From Gracilinanus agilis (lineage: Eukaryota), in the NCBI RefSeq assembly GCF_016433145.1, contig NC_058132.1, positions 307,109,079 through 307,173,078 on the forward strand: a stretch of 64,000 nucleotides of DNA. Direction: 5' to 3'. The notes below the pieces were generated by a model, which was not told the origin of the DNA, did no database searches, and saw nothing but the letters and a program-made list of their open reading frames with translations. This document shows, piece by piece, positions 1-11,880 of this stretch (positions within the stretch are counted from its first letter, which is position 1; the number at the start of each line of letters is the position of its first letter). Position numbers and translations under genes: made by a program.

Positions 1-105
1 TGAATGGGAGCATGTTGTATCTGGCATGCTTGTCCTCATGCTATTGTGGGAGAAATCAGGTAGCCCTAAGGCTGATGAATTAGCCTTAGGTTGCCTCTCT
101 AGAGC

Positions 106-203
106 TTATAGAATAGCAGTTCTCCAGGTGTGGAGTAGCAGGTTCAAGTGTGGAGTAGCAGCTCCATGTGTGAAGTGGCAGCCCCAGCTGTACAGTAACA
201 GCT
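106..203. repeat. Degenerate 20-bp tandem repeat, 4-5 units
   Basis: Units at 124, 144, 164 and 184 (ccaggtgtggagtagcaggt / tcaagtgtggagtagcagct / ccatgtgtgaagtggcagcc / ccagctgtacagtaacagct), with a partial unit upstream. Confidence 0.7.
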
Positions 204-849
204 TTGGCTCTATATGGATCAGGGTTTGCATATTTATTAGGGTCCAGGGATTAGTCATCTCTCATTCCACAGAAATCTTTACCTTTTCCAAAAATCCTGG
301 AAAATGGGCATGACCAAATTCAGGTAGAGGTGTGTTTGGCGGTTTGATACATATGTCATTGGGAATAAGGAGCATGTGCAGGTTTGAGGGATCCTTCTGT
401 ACTGCCAGAGTCCCCAGTGTACATGTCCCATATCCCCCCCCCCCCATTGTCCAACTTATTATGATTTAACAATGTGGGAGAGGTCTTATCACCCTTCTGG
501 AATGTTTTCTTCAATGATGGGAGTGGGGAGGGGGATAAAGCACACTGGAGGAACAGTATAGGTAATTAATTACATCTAACTAAAGTAAATATAGAACAAT
601 ATATGTAATTAATAAAACAGTTTAGGCATAAAGCTGATGGTCCAGTATGGCACATTACTGAACCAGCATTAGTGATAGATGCTGCAATTTATGCTTCACT
701 AATACTAAAACCACAGATTTTCAGTTGGTGTTTAACTAGTGTTAACTGATGAGAAATGGAAGATTTCAGCGTATGAGGGTCCCACTCCTATTACTACCCC
801 TCACTGCCCACTGCCAGCTTCCATCAATGTACCTCTATGTCTCCTAAAC

Positions 850-1003
850 TATATTGTGAATTCCTTCAAAATAAGGATCCAGTTTTCTTTTCCTTTTGCA
901 TCTTTTCTCTTTCCATCCCTTTCACTCCAGTGACTATTGTACAAAATAGGAACACTAAGCATAGAACAGTTGTTCAATAAATGCCTATAGGAAATGATTG
1001 ATT
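850..1003 (+). mobile_element. L2 LINE 3' end remnant
   Basis: Ends in an L2-like tail (aagcatagaacagttgttcaataaatgcc...gattgattg); boundaries approximate. Confidence 0.5.
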
Positions 1004-1219
1004 GTGCTGGTGACACTATCCAAGCCTACTGTAAGTTTCCAAAGGTCTGCTGCTAAAAAGAAAAGGATCTTAAGCCCATAATTGTCCATCTAAGCTACAA
1101 ATACCAAAGATGGTATTGGAGCCAGTTTCTGGTGCTAATTCCTCTCCTCTCTCCTTTCTCTAATTTCAAGTACATTCCATCTTAAAATGTGTCTGCTAAT
1201 TAACATGAATCATGTCCAA

Positions 1220-1418
1220 AAACACCTAGGTTTTTCATTGGATTGAGAGCCAGGCCTAGCATTGAGAGGTCTTGGGTTCACATCTGACCTCAGATGTTTC
1301 CTAGCTGTGTAACCTCGGGCAAGACATTTAACCTCCATCACCTAATTCTTACTACTTTTCTGTATTGGAACCAATACACAGTATTGATTCTAAGATGAAA
1401 GGTAAGGGTTTAAAAAAA
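1220..1418 (+). mobile_element. tRNA-derived SINE (SINE1_Mdo-like), older copy
   Basis: B-box-like gggttcacatct, core SINE body and tail gtaagggtttaaaaaaa. Confidence 0.85.
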
Positions 1419-1427
1419 CATTATTCA

Positions 1428-1627
1428 GGGGCAGCTGAGTAACTCAATGGACTAAGAGCCAAGCCTAGAAATGGGAGGTCCTGGGTTCAAATCTGGCCTC
1501 AGATACCTCTCAGCTGTGTGACCCTGGGCAAGTCACTTAACTCCCATTGCTTAGCCCTTACCATTCTTCTGCCTTAGAATCAATACACAGTATTGATTCT
1601 ATAACAGAAGGTAAGGGTTAAATAAAA
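1428..1627 (+). mobile_element. SINE1_Mdo-like SINE inserted at the tail of the preceding SINE
   Basis: Full head ggggcagctgagtaactcaatgg and B box ggttcaaatct; direct repeat cattattca at 1419-1427 and 1629-1637 (TSD). Confidence 0.9.
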
Positions 1628-1728
1628 CCATTATTCATCTCCCATTTTTGTGATTTGATATATTTATAAATATATAGTTGCAATTGAAAGTATAGTTATA
1701 CTATCTCATCCTCCATAAGGAAAATGGA

Positions 1729-1749
1729 GGGGCGGGGGGTGGGGTGGGG
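1729..1749 (+). other. Potential G-quadruplex
   Basis: gggg-c-gggggg-t-gggg-t-gggg: four G-tracts with 1-nt loops. Confidence 0.6.
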
Positions 1750-2702
1750 AAGGAGGTCTTTGACACTCCATTTCAAGTTAACAACTCTTGACTTAGACAC
1801 TAATGAGAGATTTGAAGAATGCAAAGAGAAAAAAGGAAATGTGACAAAGGTGTATGTTATTGTTTGAAAGTCCTTGACTCCCCACTTTTGTGTGAAGGAA
1901 GGAGAAATTGTTTCTTAGTTCTAATTCATTTCCCAACAGGACACACTCATTCAGACTTATCTATCACACCTTTATGAACCTTATCATCCTTTTAGATCAC
2001 TTGAGTCTTTGGGATCACATCTCATCATTGCCCTCTGCCCTTGAGACCCCTCTGAATGGAGGATGAAGTGGAGAGCTCCTCCAAAACTTCCATTTGAGAG
2101 AGGTGCCCAGTATAGCTATTTCTTCATTTTCCATCCAGTCATATTCATTGAACTTCTCATGGGCGCATAGATTACCTTCCATCCCTCCCCCCATCACCAC
2201 CACCACTCCACCCCTCTGCCTTTCAGCTTTATCTTGTATGTGGTTTTCCTCTTTTGATTGTAATTTTATCCAGTGAATAAGTAGGCCTGTTTTTTAGTTT
2301 TTTTCAATTTCCTCACCTCTTATTTTATTTTTATTTAATTGATTAATTAAGAGAATTTTTCCATGGTTACATAGTAGACCTGTTTTTAAAGGAACTGAAT
2401 CCTAACAATCTTGACATTCTCACAGTAAGTGAAAACAGAAGATCCAAGGAAGTTTAATACACTAAAAAGATGACTCATGGGCTCTCTTTGGATAGGAAAA
2501 TAAAAGAGTTGGTAATGCTGGTTTTATTATACATCCCAAGGCAACAATAAATATAATTTATTTCATCATTTATTCATCTCATATTGCAGTACTCATAACA
2601 AGAATTTGAAAAAAGACCACCATGAAAATAATTGCAGTTTATGCACCAAGATCTGTTGCATTGGATGAAGAAATAGCAAAACATTTATGCAGATCTACAG
2701 AA

Positions 2703-3210
2703 TCTGGAATTAGGCGCAAAGAGTTACAAAACTGTGTATACCTCTAGACCTAGAAATACCTCTCTGTTTCCCAAGGAAATCAGGGGAAAAAGGAAAAAAA
2801 ACATATATGTTCTAAAATATTTATAGAAACTGGAAATTGAAGTGATACTCCTCAATTGGATTATGACTGAATAAGTTGTGGTACATGATTCGGATGGAAC
2901 AGTACTATGCTATAAGAAATGATGAACAGGTTAATTTTTTTTAATGGAAAGGCCTACACGAAATTATGAAAAGTGAAATGAGTAGAACCAAGATAACATT
3001 ATATACAGCTATACAACTAATGTTTGAAAATAACTTGTGAATGTCTACCTCCAGGGAAAGAACTAATAAATAGAAATATTAAAGGCATAGCTTATACCTA
3101 CATTTTTTTATTTTTTGCCAAGTGATACCTTCTCTGTTACAAGGAGGAAAGGGACAGGGATACCTGGGAATTCTGATGTAGCTAACAAACAAATAAATTT
3201 TAAAAAATTT
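2703..3210 (+). mobile_element. L1 3' fragment inserted in the RTE
   Basis: Marsupial L1 3' motifs (gaataagttgtggtacatg, aagtgaaatgagtagaaccaag) and an A-rich end. Confidence 0.8.
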
Positions 3211-4339
3211 TAGATTTATGAATATCTAGATTCAACCTCCAAACTAAATTAATATCTACTCATAATCAGAGACTTCAAAATAGAGATTAGTATAGGAGAC
3301 AAAAGAAAATATATTGGAAAATAGGTCAAAGGCTTGTAAACTGTATAGTATCTATATATATTACCTATACAGTCCTGTGCTTTAATGTCATTAATACTTT
3401 CTTCAAGAAGAGAATTAAGAGTTCTGTACTTGAATAGCACTGCATAAGTTCACAAACACACACAAAAGTATCATTTTTAGTAGACAAGAAATGATTGTTG
3501 CAGTGAGACACTGATTTCTTAGACTATGATTAAAATCAATATCAAATTAAAAGGAATAAAAATGAATAGTTGTGATGCACAATTGACACAATTCAAATAT
3601 GACATTTTTAAAGAAGCAGTTGATGCTGAAAAATAGGAAATGGATGAAAGAACAAATATCAACATAACCTATCACTTTTCCTTCATAAAGAAGATTCATC
3701 AATATAAATAATATGTTATTATTTATGTTTATTTATACAATATACATATTATTTATATTTATTATAATATAATATAATTTACCACAATGAGACCAAAATA
3801 GCCTTACAACAACTTCCTTCAGCCAATACTTGAGCTTTCTGTCAAACAAGGGAGGTGAGACAGTCCAGGGTAGTATTAACATGGAATATAAACTCATTTG
3901 TAAAATATTATAGAAAAAGATGGCAGAAGATTTTGAATGTTATTTGCTCCATAAAATAGCAAGAATCTGGGTGTGAGGTCTTGTCTAAGACATATGTGTC
4001 AAAAGTTTGGCAAGAAACCAGACACACAAATCATTCTCAGGAGATTGAAAGATGAAAATGATTAGAGAACAACAATCAGAAAAAAAATTAAAAAGGTCCA
4101 AGAAAATCTTTGAAATAAATTATTTTCTCTATCATGGAGTCACCACATTTATACTCTATTATCACAATTCCAAAGGGTTGCATGAAGAGATAGAAATAGA
4201 ATTAAAGGAAAAAAAGAAAAAAAAGACTTAGACTTGACTACATAACACTCAAGAAGTCCACACTGGATATAACATCATTTTGGGGACATCAAAAGAACAA
4301 TTCTCAAACTATCTGTAAAAGGCAAGGATACCAGATACC

Positions 4340-4473
4340 TTTATTTCACTTTAAATTTTTTTTTATCAATTATATGTAATAACAATTTTCCACACATCTT
4401 CCTAAATTATATGCTTGAACTTATCTCCCTCCCTCTTCCCTTCCCTTCCCAATGCTGGCAGGTAATTCAATCT
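4340..4473 (-). mobile_element. Short L1 3'-UTR insertion with TSD
   Basis: T-rich left end; flanked by gataccagatacc (4327-4339) and gatactagatacc (4474-4486). Confidence 0.7.
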
Positions 4474-7400
4474 GATACTAGATACCTTTTTTTTTTTTTT
4501 AATCACAGACCTCCCCAAAAATAAAAACTGCTCAGGGAAAAATATCAAGAATTACTGACCAATATACCATCTTTTGCATCTCTACTGTTATGAAAATAAT
4601 CTTGAATCTATGATGGCTTGAGAAGAGAAAAATAAGCTTTTCCAAATTATATTCTGCATTATATCACATTTTCTATAGTCAAATTCTTTATTTGTGATAA
4701 GGAATAAATGACCAAGAATAGCTAAAAGTGTTAACTCTTTTCAAAGGCATCTATAATTTCATAGGTACCAAGGCAAAGGGATGACTCCTAAATACCAGCC
4801 AGCAGGTAAAAGAGGTAGAGAAAAAGAAACATCGCTATCCTTATAATAGGTCTTCTGTTTTACCAATGCCTGTATTGCCCTATCATTCTGGGACATTGGT
4901 TCTTGGAGGGAAACAATGGAAGACAGGATAAGTCACAGAAAGAGAGCCAGTTTCAAAGGATTAGGTGAATAGGTCTGACTTTTATTTAACAAAACTCCAC
5001 TTCTCCCACCCTCACTTTAGTGAATTAATGAAAGACTTCTAGAATGCATTGACAGTGCTTAGAGGGTCAAAAATTTTATAATTAGAAGGAACCTCTATAG
5101 ACTTCCTAGTTCAATGCCCTTATATTAATAAGTGAAGAAATTGGGGCCCAGATAGTTAAACTTACTTACCCAAGTAAGTCATATGAACTCCTGTTTCCAC
5201 TTTCTGGTGGATTTGGATTTGGTCACCCAGTGAAATCATCCCCATTTACATTCTTAGATTACACCTAAACAACAGAACTCTTTTTTAAGGAGAATTCCTT
5301 GATTAGGGTCCTGTTAATTAATGCTCCTAACCTATTCCTATTACCTCTCAAGAAGAAGAAACAGAACATTTTGGAGATTATAGAGAAAGCCAAGGAAATA
5401 GTCAAAGTAGGAGGTGAGATAATATCTGCTCCATCTTTCCCTTATGACTATCTACTCACAAAGGGGCTTTACTCTGGGAGATGTTGGAATCAAATCAAAC
5501 AGGTTGTGAAGAAGCAATTCTTAAATTTTCAATATGAACATTTATACCTCAGAAATCTATAAATGCTACAAATCAAGATTTGATTCATTGTTTTGTTGAT
5601 TGACTCTAGACTTAAGAAATGATGGAGAAAATGTTAATAATGAAGTTTAAAAGTAAAAGTATTCAAGGCTTACATTTTGGATGGAGGGATAGTTATTAAA
5701 CATTTACCAGCACCCTCCTGCTTCAGATAAAAATGAACTAACAAAGGCAGCTTCAAAGAGGGAAAAGAAGTCACAACTGGGAAGCCTGAGGGCCCTATAG
5801 AAAGGAAAAGTAAGCTCTTTCCTTTTCCTAGAAGATATGCCAAATATATAGGTCTTTTTAGCCTCAGCTCAGGAAGATGGAGGAGAGAAGAAAAAATTCT
5901 CTTTTCTATCTGTTTTCTGACTGAATCAGTCTGCAACACAGTATGGCCCAGTACTTGGATTCACCTTTTCATACACTTGCTCTCTATAAGGAAAGGTGTT
6001 TCTGGTGTGTCTAGAGGACAGAGCATTGGCTTGTAGGCTTGGAATCCTGTGGAACTGGGCTGCTGAGTTGGATGAGGGAGAAGATCTTAAGGTGAAGGGG
6101 TGTGGTGGAGAAAAAGAGGGATTAAAAATGAGTGTTGAACAATAAGCTCCATGAACATGCTCCATGAATCCCTATGATATGCTAAACGTTGTGCTAGAAG
6201 CCATGGGCATATGTAGAAAATATAATAATAAAAAATTCAAGCAGAGGCAGGGAGGCCTGCTGAATACTTCCAGGAGTCACCAAACCTGTTTAGCCCCTAG
6301 GCTTCTTGCTTGATCTTTTCTTTGATATTGCATGCATGAGGGCTGGGTGGGGAAGGAAGGTCAGAAAAGGAAAAATCTTTATTTACAGAGTCCCATCAGT
6401 CCTTTCAGGCCTAACCATACTGGGTTTCAAATATTTTTAGAGGATGAAGGTTTCAAATCTGAATTCCAAGTAGTCATGAAAATATAGTCACAGAAGAACT
6501 TTTTTTTTTTTTTTTTGGCCAGAAAAAGAGCAGCAAGTCACTTCAGGCAGAGATCCATGTGCACACTTAACCTGGGAGAAATATTCTTGTCACATAAAAA
6601 TCCCCCTATTAATCAAAAATCACATTATGGGTACTGGAATGAAGTTTCCTTTACTACTCTTTAATAATAAGCCTAAGATAAGATAAAATTGGTAATTGCA
6701 CGTTCTCTTCTGATGGCAGATAATACTGAAGAGGTACAGAAATTTCACTTAAGAGAGTATATTCATTCAGCTAATAGGCTTCTATTATGCAGCCTTTACT
6801 GATTTTATTCATTACAATTTTTGCCACCTATGGAAAACTTTAATTGGAAGTTATTTATTACATTGTTCCTGCGTGTTAAGTACAGAAGAAAGTTTTCCAT
6901 AATCAAAGGAAGATTCATACCACCAGAGCTTGGGATTTTTAGTCTATGAAACCTGATGAAACTGACCACCTACCATCCTTTAGGAGGTGTGGGGGGAGGG
7001 AGGTGCCATTTTTATATGGATGACCTTCAAATTCATATCACTAAAAGTTTAAAGATCAGCCACTTGACTGAGAAATTTTAGCCTAGTAGTCAGGTAGGTC
7101 TCAAAAAGAGGCCCTGGTCTTTGAATTTCCCTAAAAGGGAATAATTAAGAAAGCCACTGATCCATCTATTTTCATTTCAAATGAATAATATATTGCAAGA
7201 TATAGGCTCAGGCTTACAGTGAGAATCACAATTCTTATATCATTAAGAAATAAAAAAGGCAACTCACAAAGGAGGCCTTCAGACATCTAAGCAAACTTTC
7301 ATTGCCATCATCAAGAATGCCTCTTGCCATGTTGCCTCCATTTGCCTACTTTGTTCTGTATGTGGCTCGTAGCCTGATGGCATCTCCACCCTTTATCCAA

Positions 7401-7899
7401 GGTAGCACTATATTAATTACCCTAAGGTCTTTTCCAGATATAAGTTCTATGATAACTTGCTATCTTGGAACCATCTTGCATTCCATTTTGTTCCCCTAAC
7501 ACATACATCAGGTCTATCTGCCAGACACGGCTCATGGGCTGGCCAGAACTCCAAGTTCCATAAATGTATTTGCCCAACCAAATAGTAAGTGAAATACAAA
7601 ATTTGTGAAGTTGTAAGCCCATTTCTCAAATGTCAATATATACCTTCATTTGCTAATGGTTTATACTCAAGAAAGAGGACCCTTATCCTAGCAAATAACT
7701 GATCAGCAATAGAAGCCTAAACGCACACACAATTCTTTTCCTTTTATCAAAGTTCAGTGTGTGTGTATGTATAATTGTGTGTGTATATATATATGTTAGT
7801 TGTTAATGTATTGGATATATTACGATTTATTTATGTACTAAATAAATGTGTTTATTTAGTACATAAATAAATCTCGAGCAATTTCAGGAGGAGGGCAAT

Positions 7900-8140
7900 A
7901 ACAAAAATGGGGTGGGAGGAAAAATCAAAAAAGGCTATGCACAGGTAGTATAAGGTGACCCTAGAGGGAAGTTTAGAATTATAAGAGGCAAAGGTGAGAG
8001 GGAAACAAATGCCAGGTCCAGGGGAAGTGCTTGTATAAGGATACAGAGGAATAGTATGTAAGGTCACGTAGGGAGGAAAGGCAAGAAGCCCAGTCTTGCT
8101 GGAAAGGAGAGTACATGAAGGGAAATAATATAAAATCAGG
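7900..8140 (-). mobile_element. L2 fragment
   Basis: Purine-rich antisense L2 signature (agaggcaaaggtgagagggaaac...aagaagcccagtcttgctgga). Confidence 0.5.
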
Positions 8141-8716
8141 CTGTATCATAAAATCCTCTGATTTAGAGATGGAATTCCCTCTGTGACCTTGGGAAGACTG
8201 CTTTATCTCTCTGGACCTTTCCTCATTTGTAGAATGAGAGCAAGGAACACGATGATCTCTGAGGTCCCTAACAGCTTTAAGTTATCTAAATCAAGGGGCC
8301 TATGAAGTCATATTTCACAGATGATGTAACAGAAGTCTGGAGAGCTAAGAATATGACTTATATAAGATGATACAAGGAATAGGAATCTTCCAATATTCTA
8401 TACTTTAAGAGCAAAAATTATGAGACTGGCCATATTCAATAATTTTATTAATCAAAAGTTGTAGGGGAAAGAGATGGAAAAATAAGAGAGATATAAAGGT
8501 ACTTTCCGTATTGCTCCATTTGGTTTGTGGACACCATTAAGGCCTCCCATTCCCCCAACCATGCCACATAGGCAAGTCCAGTCATCAACAAACATGGAAG
8601 AGAAGAAGCAAAAAAATCTGTTCTTACCTCAGTTTATCAAAACTTCTCTTTGCCCACTAACTCTCACATGACACGTCTTGGAAGCCAACTATGGCTTTCT
8701 ATTTTGCCTGCACCAT

Positions 8717-8742
8717 CCAGAGGGGCAGTCCAGGGGGCAGTG
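8717..8742 (+). promoter_or_regulatory. Tandem CTCF-like motifs
   Basis: ccagaggggcag followed by tccagggggcagtg; matches the CCAGGGGGC(A/G) core with imperfect 5' bases. Confidence 0.35.
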
Positions 8743-9021
8743 TAGGGGAGAACGCCCTGCACCCTGCCTCATGATCTCTTGATTCTACTGCTGCTTTTTC
8801 CCAGCTGCCATGCTTCCTCCTGACTCAATTCACCCAAAGACTTCCTTCAGGCAGTACTGGTCTCAGGGTCAAATAGTCAACAGGAGATGAGGTCAAATGT
8901 GTGACCCCAGGAGAGGGAGGAAGAGTCATTTCCTTCCCACAATACTTAACATCTTTATTACTTTAATAGTTCAAAGACTTTTCTACCACATTAAATACTG
9001 GTTGGAAAGGGGAAAAGAAGG

Positions 9022-9833
9022 GAACAAACATTTATTAAGTGCCTACTATATGTCAGGCACTGTGCTAAGTGCTTTATAAATATGTTATCATTTACTTATC
9101 TGAACTGATACAAGGTGAAAAGACAGAACCAGGAGAACATTGTACACAATAATAGCAATACTATACATCAAACAACTGTGTAATACTTAGCTATTCTCAG
9201 TGATACAATGATCTGAGAAAATTCTGAAGGAACAGGATGAAAAATGTTAACCACTTCCAGAAAAAGAACAGGTAGAGCCTGAATGCAGATCAAGCATACT
9301 TTTTTAAACTTTCTTTTTCTTTTTTGACTGTCTTCTTTTGCAACATGGCTAATAGGGAAATATGTTTTGCATGATTGCATGTGTATAATCTATATCAAAT
9401 TGCTTGCTTTCTTAAGGAGGGGTAAGGGAAAAGAAGGAGGAAGAGAATTTAAAATTTTTAAATTAAAAAAAGTTAAAAATGTTTTTTTCATGTAATTGGA
9501 AAAATACATATGTAAACATATACATATATAAAACATATACACAAATATATGTATTTAAATATATTGTATTTGCAATACATAACATATGTCGGATAACTAA
9601 GAATAAATAAATATATAAAATCATTTCATCCTCACAACAACTCTGGGAATTAGGTGCCACTGTTATCTTCATTTTGTAGATGAAGAAAATGAGGCAGGTA
9701 GGATTTAGGTGATTTGCCCAGAGTTACACATCTAGTAAGTGACTGAGGCTAAATTTGAATTCAAGTCTTCCTAACTTCAAGTCCAGCAATCTGTCTACTG
9801 TGCCATCTAGCTCTTGATAACTATGCCAGATTG
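9022..9833 (-). mobile_element. MAR1/MIR core-SINE split by an L1 insertion
   Basis: 9022-9090 (catttattaagtgcctactatatgtcaggcactgtgctaagtgc) continues at ~9605-9833 (cattttgtagatgaagaaaatgaggc...tttgaattcaagtcttcc). Confidence 0.75.
9093..9510 (+). mobile_element. L1 3' end fragment
   Basis: gaaccaggagaacattgtacaca...ggaaatatgttttgcatgattgcatgtgtataa: marsupial L1 3' UTR. Confidence 0.8.
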
Positions 9834-9873
9834 CTCTTGGAGAGATAAGAGGTAACTACTAGACTAGGGAAAT

Positions 9874-10148
9874 TGGGACGGGGGGAGCCAAGATGGCAGC
9901 TTAATAGCAGCAAAAAGCTGAAGCAGCTTTGACACCTTCCAAACCAATCTTTTGAAAGTGTCTGAAAACAACAGGAGTCAAAAATCAACATCGAGACAGA
10001 GAAAGGGAGCTCTCCCACTGAATACAACTTGAAAGATAGGCAGAGAGAGAGAGTTGATTTTCACCTACCCATCAAAACTGACCATATTCTTTCACAGGAA
10101 AGTGTGATCATTTAATAAAATAGGAAATGTCCAGGCATTCCTGAAGAA
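9874..10148 (+). mobile_element. Insertion starting with an L1 5' terminus, bounded by a 14-bp direct repeat
   Basis: gggggagccaagatggcagc (9881-9900) is a typical L1 5' tip. tagactagggaaat occurs at 9860-9873 and again from 10149 once the hAT element is removed. Confidence 0.55.
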
Positions 10149-10158
10149 TAGACTAGGG

Positions 10159-10686
10159 CAGTGATGGAGTGCCTTTTAAAGATGGAGTGCCAGGCTCTGC
10201 CCCCCACCCCACTCCCAAACCAAGTGCTATGTTCACCCCCACCTCCAACCAAGTGTTTTGCCCCTCCCCCAACCAAGTCCCAGACATTCCCACCACCCCC
10301 TTTACCCCACACAGGGTAGGGAGAAAGCACTTCTATTGGGCTGCTGGGGAGAGGAGTGGGGTGAAGTGAGGAATGTCCTCAGTGAATGTGGAGAGGGAGA
10401 GAGAAGTGGCCAAGAGCTCTGTTCCCCTCCAGCTTTGCCACCTGTGAGCAGCCCACCTTACCCTCTATGAACTCCCATTGGGCTGCTAGACAGTTGGGCA
10501 AGGGATGTGAAAAAAATGTCATTAGGCACAGTGGAGAGAGGGAGGAGAGCAACTCTGCCCAAGTCTCTCTGCCTTTCTAGTAATGAACTCTAGAGGGGAA
10601 GGTGGAGGAGGTAAGGTGGCTAGTTGCTCATAGAGAGTGCTCTATGTGCCATCTTTGGCACCCATGCCATAGGATTGCCATTATTG
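10159..10686. mobile_element. Non-autonomous hAT DNA transposon (528 bp), OposCharlie-like TIR class
   Basis: Termini cagtgatgg... and ...gccattattg; perfect 8-bp TSD gactaggg (10151-10158, 10687-10694). Confidence 0.9.
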
Positions 10687-11093
10687 GACTAGGGAAATCA
10701 CAGGTTTTTAACTATTCAATTCAAAGTCTGTTTTTTTTTCATCACTGTAAGTATAGCCTCCACTTTATACTTTCTATGACTTGCAGAAAGTCTGTAAAAG
10801 TTTCTGTGACCATAAAATTCTCACTCTAAAGTCAACTTGCTAATGCACTGCTACAAACTTAACTATATTGGTCAATTGGTCCTCAGACAACAAACATACA
10901 GCCTATCACTGGAGACAAAGTCCTGGTATGGCTGCTGTGCATTCCACTTACTACTTCAAGAATCCATGGTTAGAACTAGAATCTAATGGAGAATATTTTT
11001 AGTGGTGGTTTCATAAGGTTGTTTCCAACTAATACAATGTATATTTTGTAGTAATTTCTAAATAAAATATGTTCTAATTGCTATAGCTTAAGG

Positions 11094-11633
11094 CAATGGA
11101 TCTCAAAGTGTGGTTTGAGGACCCCTCGGGATTCCTGAAACTCTTTCAAGAGGTTCTTGAGGGCAGAACTGTTTTCATGGTAATTTAAACAACTATTTCA
11201 TAATTATTCTAAGACATTCTTTACCAATTAAAATACTCCTTCCTTTTTGAAATACATTTCATGAGGCTGAATTTTCTTCTTATACTTCAACCAAAATAAC
11301 ATATCACAGTGGACTGAATGAAAAGCAGATATGAGAATCCAGCTGATTTCAATTAAGCCAGATATCAGATTTGCAAAAATATGTAAAATAATGCCACCTT
11401 CTCATTAATTGTTTTATTTATGAAAATATATTTTCAAAAATGTTATTTTGTCATATAACACAGTTATTAATATTTTAATGTATTGATAAATACATTTTAA
11501 AATAGATCAGCTTTAATTTCTAATGTGGTGAATATCAATAAATATAACTCACAAACTAAAGCTCTTTGGGGAGCTTTCAATAATTTTTAAGAGTGTCAAG
11601 GTGCCCTGAGACCAAAACATTTAAGGACCACTA
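11094..11633. mobile_element. Old hAT-Charlie-type non-autonomous element
   Basis: Degenerate TIRs caatggatctcaaagtgt / acatttaaggaccacta; internal Charlie transposase 3' remnant (gcagatatgagaatccagctg); partial TSD gcttaagg / gcttacat. Confidence 0.75.
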
Positions 11634-11634
11634 G

Positions 11635-11677
11635 CTTACATTCTAAAATATATGGTCCTTACATTCTAAAATATATG
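11635..11677. repeat. Perfect 20-bp direct repeat, period 23
   Basis: cttacattctaaaatatatg at 11635-11654 and 11658-11677. Confidence 0.9.
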
Positions 11678-11681
11678 AACT

Positions 11682-11880
11682 GGGGGACAGCAAGATGGCT
11701 CAGTGGATTGAGAGCTAGGCCTAGAGTTGAGAGATCTTGGGTTCAAAATTGACCTCAGACACTTCCTCACAGTGTGACCTGGGGAAAGTGACCCCATTGC
11801 CTAGCTCTTACTGCTCTTCTGTCTTGGAACCAATACATAGTGTTGGTTCCAAGACAGAAGTAGTTTTAAATAAATAAAAT
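11682..11880 (+). mobile_element. SINE1_Mdo-like SINE with a perfect 3' hairpin
   Basis: Head ggctcagtggattgagagc and B box; 18-bp perfect stem cttctgtcttggaaccaa / ttggttccaagacagaag. Confidence 0.9.

Larger units (their letters stand above)
2395..4580 (+). mobile_element. Ancient RTE-clade LINE (endonuclease to RT N-terminus), interrupted by two L1 fragments
   Basis: Decayed frames read NLDILTVSENRR, AGFIIHPK, MKIIAVYAP...DEEI (2400-2690), INTFFKKR (~3390), EYKLICKIL (~3885) and KNY*PI (~4550). These are APE and RT motifs of RTE LINEs. Confidence 0.8.

Noticed and set aside
1428-1500. tRNA-like A and B boxes (here and in all the SINE heads)
   Set aside because: These are SINE promoters; there is no full cloverleaf, so they are not tRNA genes.
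7422-7622. ORF containing RVWQID, reminiscent of a retroviral integrase core
   Set aside because: Only a 4-residue motif; no other integrase residues in adjacent frames.
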